DNA from: Fistulifera solaris
Lineage: Eukaryota
Assembly: GCA_030295235.1 (NCBI GenBank)
Contig: AP026146.1
Location: forward strand, 558,001-622,000
Length of the DNA: 64,000 nt
Direction of reading: 5' to 3'
The notes under the pieces were generated by a model. The model was not told the origin of the DNA, ran no database searches, and worked only from the letters and a program-made list of their open reading frames with translations. The first letter of the stretch is position 1. Each line of letters opens with the position of its first letter. Positions 23,371 to 36,170 of this stretch are shown piece by piece. The translations under genes were made by a program, and so were the position numbers.

Positions 23371-24495
23371 CTATACAACTGCTTCATTGTTATCCATACT
23401 AAAGTAAGTATTCAATGTGTGACCACTAACCGATTCCCTCTTCGTTTGTTTACCATCACTTGCATCTGAAACCTCGATTTGATCGATTTCATGTTGATCC
23501 ATCAATACCTCGTAAGAAGTCAGAATGACTTCCAAAAGGAGCATCGGCTGGAGCTTTGGTCCATCCTAATTTCCATGAGACAATGCAGTAGATTGCTACC
23601 ACGACGCCCTCCGCCAATCCGTACATGAAAGCTATAGCCAAGTAGGTGAGCAAATGTAGGTACAACCCATCGTCATATTCGAATAAACAATGCACTTACG
23701 AACTCCCATTGCCTCTGTTAACTCCACTCCTTGAAACATGGTGAGCGCCAACGATGTACCGATACCAACGTTCTGATAGCAACATTCAATAGCGACCGTC
23801 ATTCTCTCCGGTGGTTTCAAATGAATTGATGCGGCGATGATGTTGGCAAGTACGACTCCTCCCACACAGGGTACCAGCACAGCGACATAAAAACTCCAAT
23901 CTCGGGCCCAAATTTTGCTATCGGCGTCCCCCGAGTTTGTCATAGTAGCGGAAAACAAAATAAGACACAAGCCCGAAGCGTTTCCCAGGCGATTTGCCAT
24001 TTGTTTGAACGAGTCAGATTGTGATTTGGCACTGCAATACAATCCGGCCGAGATTGCTGTTATTACTAGCGCTAGTGCGGAAATAAGTGGTGCCCATTCT
24101 AGGTTTGACACGACGTCATCGTTGTACGCCAGAGTGGTGTAAATAAGCAAATTCACTGGCAGCATGACGATGGACAGGAAAGTGCTGATGGCGGTCATCG
24201 AAACGCTCAAGGCCAAGTCTGCATTAAACAAAGAAGCGAACCAGTTCGAGTACGATCCACCTGGCGAGCTAGTCACGATTAAGAGGGTCAATCCGACAGC
24301 ATGACTAAGAGCGAGGGTTTTGACCATGATGAAACCGAGCATCGGAAGAACGAGGAATTGGCAGAACATGCCTGTGGCGAGTGCTTTGTAATTCCGTAAT
24401 TGCGAGCGCACGGATCTGATTTCCACCGTTGCACTCATACCAAAGACGAGTGAAAACAGCAAAATATTGCTGGCAATTGTCAGTAAATCCACCAT
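23371..24495 (-). CDS. BASS/SBF transporter 2; intron 23632-23699
   Basis: QFLVLPMLGF, SSPGGSYSNW, ADLALSVSMT, IECCYQN, AMGV|PFMYG; frameshift near 23535. Confidence 0.9.
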
Positions 24496-24861
24496 GGTGC
24501 TTCACTAGAAAGATGAAAATGAATAAATAATAGCGCTTTGGGTTTTAGGTGGATTGTGTATTGCAAGTCGTTTTTCATTTTTGTTCTGGCGCCAACGCTG
24601 CTAACGCTCTCGTTATAAATACAAAACGTCAACGGAAGAAGACTGACCGTTGGAGCGCTAAGTAAAAATTTAACCTCGTTCGTGGCAAAAACAGGGGGAG
24701 AAAGGATCAGTCCCGATCCCCGATCTCCCGACGACTCCCGATCACAAGACAGTTTCTATCAAAATCAAAATGTAACAGATACATGCTATCATTGCATGCT
24801 AATATTTTATTAGCAATGAATCAAATACAAGGAATAACTAATCATTCTAAATTGCTTTATA

Positions 24862-25665
24862 TTAAATCAAAAGCCAAGTCGCCATGATTTCCCTCATGGC
24901 ATCACACGCCAGACCCTGAAGTCCCTTCAGTTGCTTCTTGGTAATGTCGTGTCGAGGCTTCATATCAATCACACATACAGTGCCTAGATGATTTCCTTCC
25001 GGTGATGTTACCCGGGCACCTGCGTAAAAGCGAACTTTCAGTCCCTCGGCCACCAATGGGTTGTTCGCAAAGCGAGGATCTTGCGTAGCATCTGGAATGA
25101 CCATCAGGCCATCATTCGTCTCGATAGCGTGCGCACAAAACGCACAGCTGCGTGGTGTTTCTGTAACACCCACATCCAAGCCGGTGGAGCTGACAAAATG
25201 TTGTCGTCCGGCGTCCACCATGCTGATGACTGCGATGGGTACATCAAAGAGTTTCTTGGCGGCGTCGACGATTCGTTGAAACTCGGGAGCCAGAGCTGCT
25301 TGGAATACCTCGTCTTCGGTGATGCGGTCCAGAACTTTATATGACTTGAGTTTCATGAGACGTTCCGCTTCTTTCTTGGCCTCCTGCTTTGAGCAAGTCT
25401 TGGTGTCCAGACTGGTCAAATACCAACCAAAGTGTTGCTGGTCCGGTGTGCGCATGTCTTGATTCAGCAAGTGTATGAGGCTGTTCTTGTCCTTATAGTC
25501 CTTGACAGTCATAGAGGACGGTTTCGTGGACTCATTGAGATTTTGGGAAGCGGGCGGCTCGTCTTGGAAAAGGCCGCGCTCAGCCATGAGCCTGGTCAGC
25601 AGGGCCCACTCTGCTTCATCCCAGTTGGAATCTGTAGATCGAATAGAAGAGGAACGCGGTGTCAT
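24862..25665 (-). CDS. Stand-alone GAF-domain protein
   Basis: EAERLMKLKSYKVLD...FQRIVDAAKKLFDVPIAVISMVD..RQHF...ETPRSCAFCAHAI...PDATQDPRFANNPLV....VRFYAGA...GTVCVID.KPR. Confidence 0.88.
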   Translation of the reverse strand: MTPRSSSIRSTDSNWDEAEWALLTRLMAERGLFQDEPPASQNLNESTKPSSMTVKDYKDKNSLIHLLNQDMRTPDQQHFGWYLTSLDTKTCSKQEAKKEAERLMKLKSYKVLDRITEDEVFQAALAPEFQRIVDAAKKLFDVPIAVISMVDAGRQHFVSSTGLDVGVTETPRSCAFCAHAIETNDGLMVIPDATQDPRFANNPLVAEGLKVRFYAGARVTSPEGNHLGTVCVIDMKPRHDITKKQLKGLQGLACDAMREIMATWLLI

Positions 25666-27779
25666 CTTTGATAATGTTTTCAACTGCAATGCGGACGGAT
25701 GTATTTTGCTTAAATTGATAGATGGATTGTTTCATTAATTTTTGAGGACGTGCAAAGAGGTGAAAACGGTACAGTCGAGAGCTTTCGAGACACGCAAACG
25801 GGCCCTTCAAGATTCGCAAGATATCTTATAGCGCCCAAAGTACATCGATTCGAGCCTAGAAGAATGGTATAGACAACATAGTATATATTCTTTCTTTTAA
25901 TCGTAAAGGATTGCATCTTTGGCATTCTTTGTCCTTATTAAATTTTGGTTGCCAAGTTCTGTCTTGCCTTCGGTTGCAGACACCTGACGTGGTTTGGCTT
26001 TGAACTAAGTTCCTCATTGGAAGCTGGAAGGCTTATCCCACAGTGTCTACAGCTACTGGAAGAGAGATACAGTCTAAAGCAATGGAGGACCGTTGTTTTG
26101 GTTCGGAGTTCGGAGTATGCATCATTCATCTTTCATCTAAAGACCTAATACTCTATTTACCACTTTGACACGTTTGATGTCTTGCTTGTCCCTTAGTTCT
26201 TAGTTTCTTAGTGCTCGTTGCTTTAGTTTTATTTTCAGTTTTCAGTTGCGATTTTGTTTTTGCTCTTGGAATTTTTTTTGTCTTACCGTTTACAGAAGTT
26301 GGGTCGGCAATCAGATAGAGATAGTGGTACGGTACAGCTGTTTGCTTCCGGTCACTGACCTATGTAGCTTTCGTAGAAAATGTACCGGATAGTACAAAAT
26401 CTACGTGCCATTTTCGCGTAGGAGCTAAGTCTACTTCACGAAAACCTATGATTTGACTGAAAAAGCATCTTTTTCAGAAAATAAATTTGATCATACTGAT
26501 ACTAATCATTTTTGACAGCAATTTCTTGTCATCAATTCTTTTAAACCTACCTTTGTTTGAACAAATGGTCGGTTTCATTTCAGTCCCGGGTCAGTCACGC
26601 ATCGTCACACGACCGACAGGCACGCACCGTTTCGCGCAAAATCTCGCTCCCTTCTTGCAACTTGCAACATGCCCTCATTACCATTCTTGTTCATGTTGCT
26701 GCATCTTAAAGCGAATTTCTTGATAAAGTAAGTTGAAATTACATGAAATTAGTACTCTGCCATGAGCGCTGAAGCGATCCAGCGCTGTTTAGTCTGTTTC
26801 ATCCTCTATTTCGCCCTCTGACGGCAACTTGTCCATATCGTCACTTCCGTCTTCATCATCGATTTCATGATTGGAATGGCTTTCTTCAACAATGATCGTG
26901 TCAATTTTGTTGAACCAAGCTCTCTTTGAGTGCTGGGTGATGATCTTTCAAGGTCTGAAGGAAAATGCTCTCCACAAATCCATTTGTCTTGATAGCCCGC
27001 GAGTCATCACTGCACACAAACGTGTGCCAATTTTCACCGACAGTTTTGAGAACCGAAATGTTTTGAGTCAGGCACGATATATATACCAATCGATGCTAAA
27101 TAAAAAAAGGAACAATATGTGTGTTGATCGTGCCTGACTAAAGCAGTCTGCAAGTGTTATTAGCAATGTAATGATAGGATCGGCATTCTCGAAAACAACA
27201 CGAGATTTGTCGCGATGGGAGTAGGGCGGAGGAGTAGTCGGACCGCGACTCAACTCCGTTGTGGTAGACTTCTACGGAACCTACATGAAGTCTGGGCCAT
27301 TGTGCAAACAGCTGTACCAGTACCTTGTTCATCCATATCCATGTTACTCCGTACTCCGTACTCCGTATTTATTAAGTCCCTGTTTCTCAGTGCTTGACGT
27401 TCTCGATATTGTGATACGGGCCGGGAGATCTCAAGCAAGGAAACTCGTGACTCATGACGCATGACGTTTGACAGAGAGGCTTTGACTTTTTATTCAACAG
27501 TCAACAGAAAGTTGTACCAAAAATTGCCAAACTAAAGACAAACTAGTCCACTGAAGTCGAAGAATTAGCCGAAAAAAGAGGAACCGGGATGACGAAAACA
27601 AGACACGCTGCTAAAGTAATTGGTAGTCCTCGTTCGAAGCTTTAGCTAGAGGGATGAGAAAATGAAGGTGACGTTTTCTGCTCAACAGATAACGAACAAG
27701 TCTATTTACAAGACGTATCTGATATGCAAAGTCTACGTAGCTCTGTCTCCGTCTAAAAACACAATGCGAGAATCCAACA

Positions 27780-30297
27780 TTAATCTGTCTTCTTTTTCTC
27801 TGCGTTCGTAGTATCAATTGAACTGCCGTCGCCACCTTCCATCGGCCGTGACTTATCCACGGGATAAAGCCATCGTTGGTAGAGATAAATAAAGAATACG
27901 ACATCGTCACGGAAACAACTGATGCGTGCCATTGTCGGCATCCGAATGATGAAAGAGAAAAGGTCGTCAATGAATGTGTTGAGACTTTTGTAAATTAGAA
28001 CGCGCCATGGTAGGTGAGCCACACTCTTGAGTTTGTAATTCAAGAACAGCTGGGGCGTCATGAGAACAAAGCCCAAAGCATATACAGCCGACGAGGCGGA
28101 AGTCACGACCCAGGAATACCATCCGGAATGTTCTTGGTACACGAAAGAATTCAGCGTATACCCTAAGACAAGCGGAAGCAAGATGCTTCCCAACCTTCGA
28201 GTTGCCATACGATCCGCTTCCATGCTCATCAGCGACAGCTCTTGCTTTTTCTTTGCTACCGCGTCGCCATCTTTTCAGCAGCTTCTTTGTCTGCAGCAAT
28301 CAAATCGAGGCGTACGGCCCGCAACTCGTATCCAAAAATAGAAGGAAGCCAGTTCCACCACGCGATTGGTGCGCCATAAGTGCGGCGACAAAATTGAAGA
28401 CCCGCGGCCCGGCGGCATTTCCAGTGAGCAATGAGACAACCAATGGCACTTGGAATTGTCATCAGCAATGAGCTGTCTTTTTCAATCAGAAACAGCAAAA
28501 TGATAGTTTGTCCAATTGTGTCAAGGAATAAGGATCGCACACTGAGACCGGTCAAGTCCTTGTTGTTGCGCCAGAAAGATACTTCATTCTTGAAAGTCAG
28601 AAACTCGAACAGCATGTGCAAAGCAGAAAAGAGTAACGTAATACCCAACAAGGTGACATTCGTGTCAGCAATGAGTCGGCGTACATCGTCTATATCTTCC
28701 TGTTGAAATCCTAACTCCTTTTGAGCCTCAAGAGCTTCTCCGAAATGAGACAATAGTCTCCATCGAGCAGGACTCATTCCCCCAGCTGTAGCTGTATTTG
28801 CTTTAGCCTTGTGCTCGATGTCACTACGATCGAATGACACTCGCAGCGGCAAACTCGTCACTGTTTCGTTCAAGGGGATGTACTTTTCACTGGTCAAACC
28901 AATCTCGTCAACGTGCAAGACAGGTGCAAACGCCAAGCCCGTGGGATACTCTTTCGACCTTTGCAGTCGAACAATGGGCATTCCTGATGCATGTGCCAAG
29001 TCCTGGGGATACGCTTCTTCTTCATTCACAAGCTTGATTGCGACTTCCGGTTTCCAGTACGGATAGCCAGCTCCTTTCTCTTTCATAGCCAACATGTTTT
29101 GATAGTTCTGATATTCGCTCGGTTTAAAATGCTCCATATCCCATGGCTTCCAAGCCTTCGTATCTCCCAATATGTATCGTTTCCACAAGTAAACAATATC
29201 GTGAAACAGAATTCGTCCGGGTTCGGCAATGTGATGCGGCTTGTCGTATTTTACCATATGCACATCGCCCAACTGAAGGGAATGAGTTCGTTGAGCGCGT
29301 TGCAACGTTGACTGGATGGTGTTTCGTGATTCGGGCGGCCACCCAAAATCTCGATCCGTTCGTACCAATAGGGCATGTACGTACACGGTTGAATTGGAGA
29401 CCAAATGTCGCCAGATACTCGAATCGGGTGTCAACTGAATCGTCGATCGCTGCTGTAGGAGATTGGTTGGAGCATCGGTTTCGTCGTCTTGAAGAATAGA
29501 GAGTAGTACCATGATTTTTTTCATATGCTTCATAATGGAATTGTAGATTGTCAAGAGGAAACTAGTCGATTCTATCCCATGTCCTGCTGCCGACATGACC
29601 GATAAGACTCCATCACCACTCTCTGATGCCACGCGTTCGGCCTCATCAATCCAGGAAACGGCGGCCTTATACGATGGATCAGCTCTATCACACGACAGCG
29701 AACCATCGCAGTGCAATGTCGTGATCAGAAACGATTTGGAAAAGGCGGGAAGGTGCAGCTTTTCACTTAAGAGTAATTGCACATCCGGATTCAAGACTGT
29801 ATCTTCTCCATCATTATCACTCAAAGGCACCGATTCAAAGAGAAACGACCGTGAAAATTGTTTCTGTGTCGAAAGATACACTTCTAAATGAAGATCGGAT
29901 GCTTTGGACCACAGCGGACGAATAAACGTGTCGGACGGAAAGGTCGAAATATCTACGAACGAAAGGGGAAACATGAGGCGACTCAAATTTAAAGCCGCCA
30001 TGCCCACATAGAAAATCATGAGTAGCTGCGAAGACAGAGAGAAATGTTGGCAATCGCGGGTCAGTCAATCCCCTTTCAAGCGAATGTGTGGCTGGGTCGT
30101 ATACGTACAGTCGCAACATTTGAAGCAGAGAAAATGGACGACAAAATGCTCTTCTTTTTCGCAGGGGCATTATCGGGTTTTCTTTCGTCTATTTGCATAT
30201 TACAAGTGCTCTGCTTCTAAAAGACCTTTTGTACGGGGTTCGGTAATTACTCTGTATCTGGTTTTAGATTGTCGACGCCTCTTTGTTCTCCTTTCAT
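27780..30297 (-). CDS. CLPTM1 family membrane protein (5' exons approximate)
   Basis: YIPLNETV..LPL, LHMLFEFLTFKNEVSFW..KDLTGLSVRS, GFVLMTPQLFLNYKLKSVAHLPWR..YK.LNTFIDDLFSFII.MP...RDDVVF..YLYQRWLYPVD; intron ~30026-30107; frameshift near 28248. Confidence 0.92.
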
Positions 30298-30631
30298 GCA
30301 TCTGTTTGAATCATTGTCGATCACGAGACGTCATTTCGCGAAAAAATAATAATGAAAACGTGAAGTGCTGACGGACAGACCTTCAAAATAAGCTTCGGCA
30401 GCTTCGGTAAAGTAAACCTTTAACCCTACATGGATTACCATTTCGTTCTGTGGCCAAGGTGTTCTGCGGTTGCCTTCCATTCGGAATTCGGATGTGACAA
30501 TCAAGTCAGCGAATGAGTGATGGGCCGCACAGAGTATTAAGGTAAACAATAAATCTTTCGCATTTGTAAATAAAAGTGTACACGATCCTGCAACAGTAAC
30601 ATAGACTCCAAACAGATGTAATCATCTCACA

Positions 30632-31398
30632 TTATTTTTTCACATCAATCAAGTATAAACTAAACCTTATTTTCTTTTTGGACAAATGGGCCAAATACCA
30701 TAACATCCCCGTTGCCGAAACAGCTCCCACTACAATTCCGGTTCCCAACCATAACAGTGCACTCACCACCGAGTTCGTCCCACCCTCTCCTTGATCCAAC
30801 GGCACCAGTCGTTGCCACTGACCGATACTGCTACTGATGCCTTCTTCGTGACAGTTCGCCACTAATTCGTTTTGCAATTGCACTAATCTTCGATACGGGT
30901 GATAATACCAGCACTGGAATTGACCTTCCCAGTATTCCAAAATAAGAGAGTCTTCCAAAAATGCAAAATGTGCGGATAGAATGGATCAATCTGTGTCAAG
31001 ATGCGATGCGACGTATCAAAAATGAAACAATACGTGGGGCAGGTTGTGAGTGCAAGCCAGTTTAGCGACGACACCCGATCAGTCTAGTAAACAACTTCTC
31101 ACCTGAAAGAAGCTACCCGCACCATACATCGTTTTCGTGGTTCCTTCCTGTTCCAGTAACCATAATTCGACGTTCCCTTTGACCACAAACGTAAATGTTT
31201 TATGATTGTGCAAATATCCCGATCGCATGACATCTTTCTTGGAAAATAACATATTAATTCGCGTCCCACCGACACGGAAACGATGAATTTCACCTCGATC
31301 GTCGACGTAAATGGAGGGAACGGGGCTGTTGGCGATGCGACCAGGTCCTTCACTAACATGAGGACTTTCCAGCACTTTTTCCGTTCCGACGTCGACAT
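30632..31398 (-). CDS. Cupin-fold (RmlC-like) protein with C-terminal membrane anchor; intron 30991-31102
   Basis: YVDDRGEIH, MRSGYLH..KTFTFVVKGNVELW, FQ|IDPFYPHILHF.EDSLILEYW; C-terminal hydrophobic helix plus KKK; two homopolymer indels. Confidence 0.6.
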
Positions 31399-31890
31399 AT
31401 TCTGTGGCGACGAAAGAATCAAGGAGGCGAATGATGGTTTAGTATTTGAAGAAAGATATACCCGGCGACATAAGCACAATCAAATCTTTCGACTTAACAA
31501 AGAGACCGGAAAGCAAAACGTACCTTCCACCTTTACCATACCCTCCAACGGATCTTTTTGTTTAGTAAATTCTAAAGCAGCAGAACGTTGTTTCTTGTCA
31601 AGGACCATTCTCAGAGCCTTCTTCGTGTCAGTCTTTTGTATCTATTGCGGAGGCGATCTTAGCCGCGATGACTGGGAGTCTTAGCTTTGATAATCACAAT
31701 ACCAAAAACCAAACAAGTCAACTGTTCTCAAGGAAGAACAGTTTTTATTCTTGTGCTGAAAGCGAACTCGTTTGAATGCTGCTCCGCGAATTTTCGGCAA
31801 AACGAATCCTTTCGCTTCACGACCTCACTTCGATAAGGTTACGCGTTACAAAATCTCACCGTCGTTATACTTTGTAAAGAGTGGGAATTA

Positions 31891-31914
31891 CACGACTGCA
31901 TTTCAGTCATGATT
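31891..31914 (+). repeat. Dispersed element, palindromic block only (copy 4)
   Basis: CACGACTGCATTTCAGTCATGATT is 23/24 identical to 1878-1901. Confidence 0.7.
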
Positions 31915-32079
31915 GTTCCGAGCCAAAGGCCAAAGTACGTGGTGATTATACTCCTTTAAGTTTTTTATAACTTGGTGATCTACACTTTGCAATTGTACTA
32001 TATGCGGAATAATTTTTCACGTGTCGATTGTTGATGTCGAAGATCCTTGATGATCGATGATCGATGTTCACCCAATTTT

Positions 32080-32129
32080 CTGTAGGCTAAAGTGTTGATT
32101 CTCGCAAACAAAACTGCATTTCAGTCATG
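32080..32129 (+). repeat. Dispersed ~52-bp element, copy 5
   Basis: CTGTAGGCTAAAGTGTTGATTCTCGCAAACAAAACTGCATTTCAGTCATG. Confidence 0.7.
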
Positions 32130-32771
32130 AGTAATGAATGTTAAGAGGTCAAATATACCATAGTTCTTACCCGTACAATGGTGTTGATAAGTCTGTCCGA
32201 GCAGAATTCATTATATGACATGCATTTGAAGAGTTCAGATTGGTGCTCACCGTAGCAACGGGCTCTAGAAGGAGGACAATTATCACACGAATCCAATACA
32301 TTTCAGTCTGGAAAATGTCAAACTCATTTTCAGTGTGGTGCATTATTTCTTCATATCCATCGGACATCGGAGCCTTGGACCAATAAGAGAATTCTTGAAA
32401 GAATTAGTCATTTTAAGGATATTGTTGTTAATTTACTGTGACAATTTTGCGGTGAGAGTGATCTGAGTCCCTAAACGTGTTGCTTCAAAAGTCAGAAAAT
32501 AAATGGGACATGTGTACTGCGTATGATTGATCGCAACGAACACTAAAAACGATGGCTCCATCAGCGGTAAACTAACATAAAATCTCTGAGAATACCCTGG
32601 GATCTCTTCTTTTGTTCTGTGCGAATATTTTCGTCCTCCATCTGCGAAAACGAAACTTTCCGAAGAAATCGTCACCGACGAGAACCGCACCGTCATCAAC
32701 CGAGAGAAGCGTGTTCCAAGAAAACCCCTTCTTTCATACATGTATTTCGTTGCTCTCTTTCATCACTGCTG

Positions 32772-34535
32772 TCAAACGGGCAGACATTTGACAACCTGTT
32801 TCTTCGAGACTGGTGCCATAAACAATGGATGGGCACATAGCTCGGGTACTTGGACATGCACGAGATAATGACAAGTCGTATCCTCATTGACCGCAATGGC
32901 GTAGGCACTGCCGCACGAATACCGTATGGATGAAGATCGTTCCACTCCCCCGACGCCGGCGGATCCGGCCACAATCGCCGCATCCGTCACGTCCGTGTGG
33001 TCACACACGTCACCACCGGGATATTCAATTTCGAAGAATGCGCCGTTTCCAACACCCGATGATGCCGAGGAAGTGGCTTGCGTGGCCGGATCGGTGGAAT
33101 TGTGAACAAGTTTCCAGTCTTCGTTCAGATGTATTTCTCCCAGTGCCGAATCGTACAATCCGAGGATGTGTTCGGTATCGATTCGTCGCAACATGATAGC
33201 ACCTCCGGAGCTGGTTTTCTCGGAAACAATCTCTTCGTGAAATTGGCGGACGCGACGCATGTGACAAAACTCGTACGTCCACCATGGCCCTGTACTGCTG
33301 GTGAGGCATCGGTTACCCAATGCCTTGTCTAAAATGTCTCGAACGCTGCCTACGGGGAACTGGGAAGAATGGGTCCCTTGAGAGCCGAATTGTGCGGCAA
33401 GAGACAGGCCCGTTATTGCCAGAGACATCTTCTGGTTGCTGCCCAGTTGGAACATTCCCACAGGCTCCTCGCTGTTATCGTCGTCGTCGTCTTCATTGAC
33501 ACACAGCAGCGAAGTGCAGACAGTAACATTGTACGTACAAGTAGGCTCTTCCACAATATTGGTCAAGGATGCGATAGTCGTATCCAATTTATTGCCATTT
33601 CGATGCAACATGCCTTTGCCTTTGTCTAGAAATTTCTGCGAACAGCACATGAGATGAACATAACTCTTGCGATGTTGTCCTGCTTCGGTGCACAATTCTC
33701 CATTTCGGTATTCATCCACCACGCGCGCCAATTCCTTGCGCTCCCCGAGCATATTGTTGCGCGGCTCCAATTCGTTGAGATTTTCGACAAAGGTCGTGCG
33801 CGCATGAAATTTCCCCAAGGATGACACTTCTTCTACCGCGACGGCCGGCGTCGATCGCTTGGAACGCAACCGCACATGAAATTGTGACATACTTCCTTCG
33901 TAACACCATTCGTAGGACCACCAATCTCCCGTGTGTCGTTGTCCGCAAATGCCTTCTAATTCTGCCAATAACACTTGAACGGATACAATTTGATCATCAT
34001 ATGATAATTTCTTACGTTCTTCGGTAGAGAGGTCGTCGGTTGGGTCCGTTTGATCGTATTGTGGTAATTGTCGTGTGTGAAGTGACGAGGGAGTCTCCTC
34101 GTCGTCGTCGTTGTTGCTACTTGTGGTCGTCGACGGAGATAAGGGATGCGTGTTGAGTTTGGGAGGTACAAACATACTCTCCGTAAGTGATTCCGGTAAT
34201 AGTTCGTCTTCGGAGTAAAAACGACACACGTAGGATTGACCATGACGATCGGTGACTGGCATGAAAAACAAATCATCGTCCGTTTTCGTGTCATCATCAT
34301 GATGATGATTCGTACGACCTGACACAAACAAGGGAAGCTTGGCGAGTCGACTTTGTGTAGCTCGACTGAAACCTCCGTAAGGAGCCCCTGATCCCGAATG
34401 TGGATCAAAGATATTCGGATCGTATTCTTCATGCGACGCCGCATCAAAGGGAAAAGGGAGATGACCCGAATGAGTCAACGGAATGTAGAGTAGAAACAAG
34501 AAAAGGCTCGCATAAATCGCTGGATTAAACGTCAT
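32772..34535 (-). CDS. ER lectin OS-9/ERLEC1(XTP3-B)-like with two MRH domains
   Basis: Signal peptide; two repeats C...WWSYEWCY...SQFH and C...WWTYEFCH...RQFH, each followed by Y..G..C and E..TC.Y motifs. Confidence 0.88.
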   Translation of the reverse strand: MTFNPAIYASLFLFLLYIPLTHSGHLPFPFDAASHEEYDPNIFDPHSGSGAPYGGFSRATQSRLAKLPLFVSGRTNHHHDDDTKTDDDLFFMPVTDRHGQSYVCRFYSEDELLPESLTESMFVPPKLNTHPLSPSTTTSSNNDDDEETPSSLHTRQLPQYDQTDPTDDLSTEERKKLSYDDQIVSVQVLLAELEGICGQRHTGDWWSYEWCYEGSMSQFHVRLRSKRSTPAVAVEEVSSLGKFHARTTFVENLNELEPRNNMLGERKELARVVDEYRNGELCTEAGQHRKSYVHLMCCSQKFLDKGKGMLHRNGNKLDTTIASLTNIVEEPTCTYNVTVCTSLLCVNEDDDDDNSEEPVGMFQLGSNQKMSLAITGLSLAAQFGSQGTHSSQFPVGSVRDILDKALGNRCLTSSTGPWWTYEFCHMRRVRQFHEEIVSEKTSSGGAIMLRRIDTEHILGLYDSALGEIHLNEDWKLVHNSTDPATQATSSASSGVGNGAFFEIEYPGGDVCDHTDVTDAAIVAGSAGVGGVERSSSIRYSCGSAYAIAVNEDTTCHYLVHVQVPELCAHPLFMAPVSKKQVVKCLPV

Positions 34536-34882
34536 CGTTTCTTCGTTTTAGGTGTATTGCATTCACTACTAATTTCAATGGAAGAAAGACAATAACAAGC
34601 AACAAAGAGATGCAGAGGTGCAAGAATGATGCCATCTTGATTTTTTTTGGTTTGTCGTCGCAGGGTCCTAAATCGTACCGTTTGTAGCCCATAGTAGTAA
34701 ATTCACGTAAGTGTTGCGTGCCACAATACAGCAATACCATGTAAAGCGACAAAATGAAAAGTCGCCGACTTCCTTGTTATTACATATAATTCATCATTCT
34801 CATAACTTACTTCCTTTGCTTTCATCAATTAGACATCACTCTTCTATTGTTCGTTAGCAAGACTTTCCTATAGTGCATCAAC

Positions 34883-35344
34883 ATGTCCAAAATCCCGATC
34901 AAACGAATGTACGATGTGATTGCGGAATTACAAAACGAGTCGTCGTCATCCCGAGTGCCTCCCTCCACCACCAAAGACGTCATTTGTTCCCGATTAGCAG
35001 CAAATGTAATCACAAACACTCTTTCAAACAACAAGAAAAGAGTAAAACGGTCGCATGTTTCGACGATGAACACAGAATTGAACGATTTGATCGCCAAAGA
35101 CGACAACCAGGCATCCCTCGCAGCAGCAACAAAAACAGCACTATCCTCGCCATCCGACGAAGAATCCTCGACACCCAGTCATTTGAGTCATGTCGCAAAA
35201 GCGATGGCCGAGTTACGCGAAGTTTATTTGTACGGATTGGGTCAAGTGTCCAACCTACAAGACTTACAACATGCTCCGGATGCCATACTGCCGGGAAATA
35301 TTGTTTACGAAGACGACTATGAAACGCCTTGGCTGTCATCATAA
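34883..35344 (+). CDS. Hypothetical protein (153 aa)
   Basis: ATG-initiated ORF with natural composition between two genes; no recognised family. Confidence 0.55.
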   Translation: MSKIPIKRMYDVIAELQNESSSSRVPPSTTKDVICSRLAANVITNTLSNNKKRVKRSHVSTMNTELNDLIAKDDNQASLAAATKTALSSPSDEESSTPSHLSHVAKAMAELREVYLYGLGQVSNLQDLQHAPDAILPGNIVYEDDYETPWLSS

Positions 35345-35468
35345 TGTGGATCATAAACATAAAAAAGAGAAAATTGATAATTGCAGTAATAGTTGAATTA
35401 CCGGCAACGAGTATTGAGTGCTGTTACAACACACACTTAGAATTACAGTTCATTAGTGGAAGATAGTG

Positions 35469-36170
35469 TTACATTTCCGATGGTGAGATAGCCGGATCGA
35501 GTTCCGAACAACTCGACGAGGACGACAACTTTTCTGGGATTTTCAATGATACCTCAGAAGGAGGACCTCGGATCGCAGTGTTGTCCGGTTCACGCAATGC
35601 CTGACTGGTCTTTTGCACGGCTCGCTGGAACCCAATGTCCGTCCATGTAGACGAGTGATGATTATTCTTCTTCTCCAAAAATCGACCCCCGTGATCCAGA
35701 ATCACTTGAACAATGCTTTGACTCACTAATTGGCGTTGTCGTTTGGGGACTTGACGGTAGATCGGTTTGTTGTGTTCTACAATACGGCGATACATGCGAT
35801 TTCCCCAATGTTGATTAATGGCACCACCGCGTCCCGCGAGCACATCTCTCGGTTGCGGAGACAGGATGGGCGTGAGAGCCTTAGTTGTGTCCGGAGTTTG
35901 GTCCTTTGTAGATAAATCTTTAGGTGGAGTCGACCGCAAAAGACTCGCAGCAAAAAGCAAACTAAGACCCTGCTTTGTTTCCTGGATATCACGTTCGGAG
36001 ACTTGGACGACTGTGTGTCGATGACTCGTTCCAGTGCACGTACGATCTGAGCATGCTGGAGAGTTGGTTTGAAGTATAGGAAACGGTGGAGGTTTGGATT
36101 CGAGGGGTGATTCGAGATTGCAGCTTGTTGAACTCGTTAATATTTTGTGCATATCGTCAGCGAAGGACAT
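35469..36170 (-). CDS. DUF6824-domain protein (diatom-expanded family)
   Basis: DVLAGRGGAINQHWGNRMYRRIV...Y....K..VSQSIV..I...GGRFL......W.......QKTSQALRE. Confidence 0.85.
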   Translation of the reverse strand: MSFADDMHKILTSSTSCNLESPLESKPPPFPILQTNSPACSDRTCTGTSHRHTVVQVSERDIQETKQGLSLLFAASLLRSTPPKDLSTKDQTPDTTKALTPILSPQPRDVLAGRGGAINQHWGNRMYRRIVEHNKPIYRQVPKRQRQLVSQSIVQVILDHGGRFLEKKNNHHSSTWTDIGFQRAVQKTSQALREPDNTAIRGPPSEVSLKIPEKLSSSSSCSELDPAISPSEM

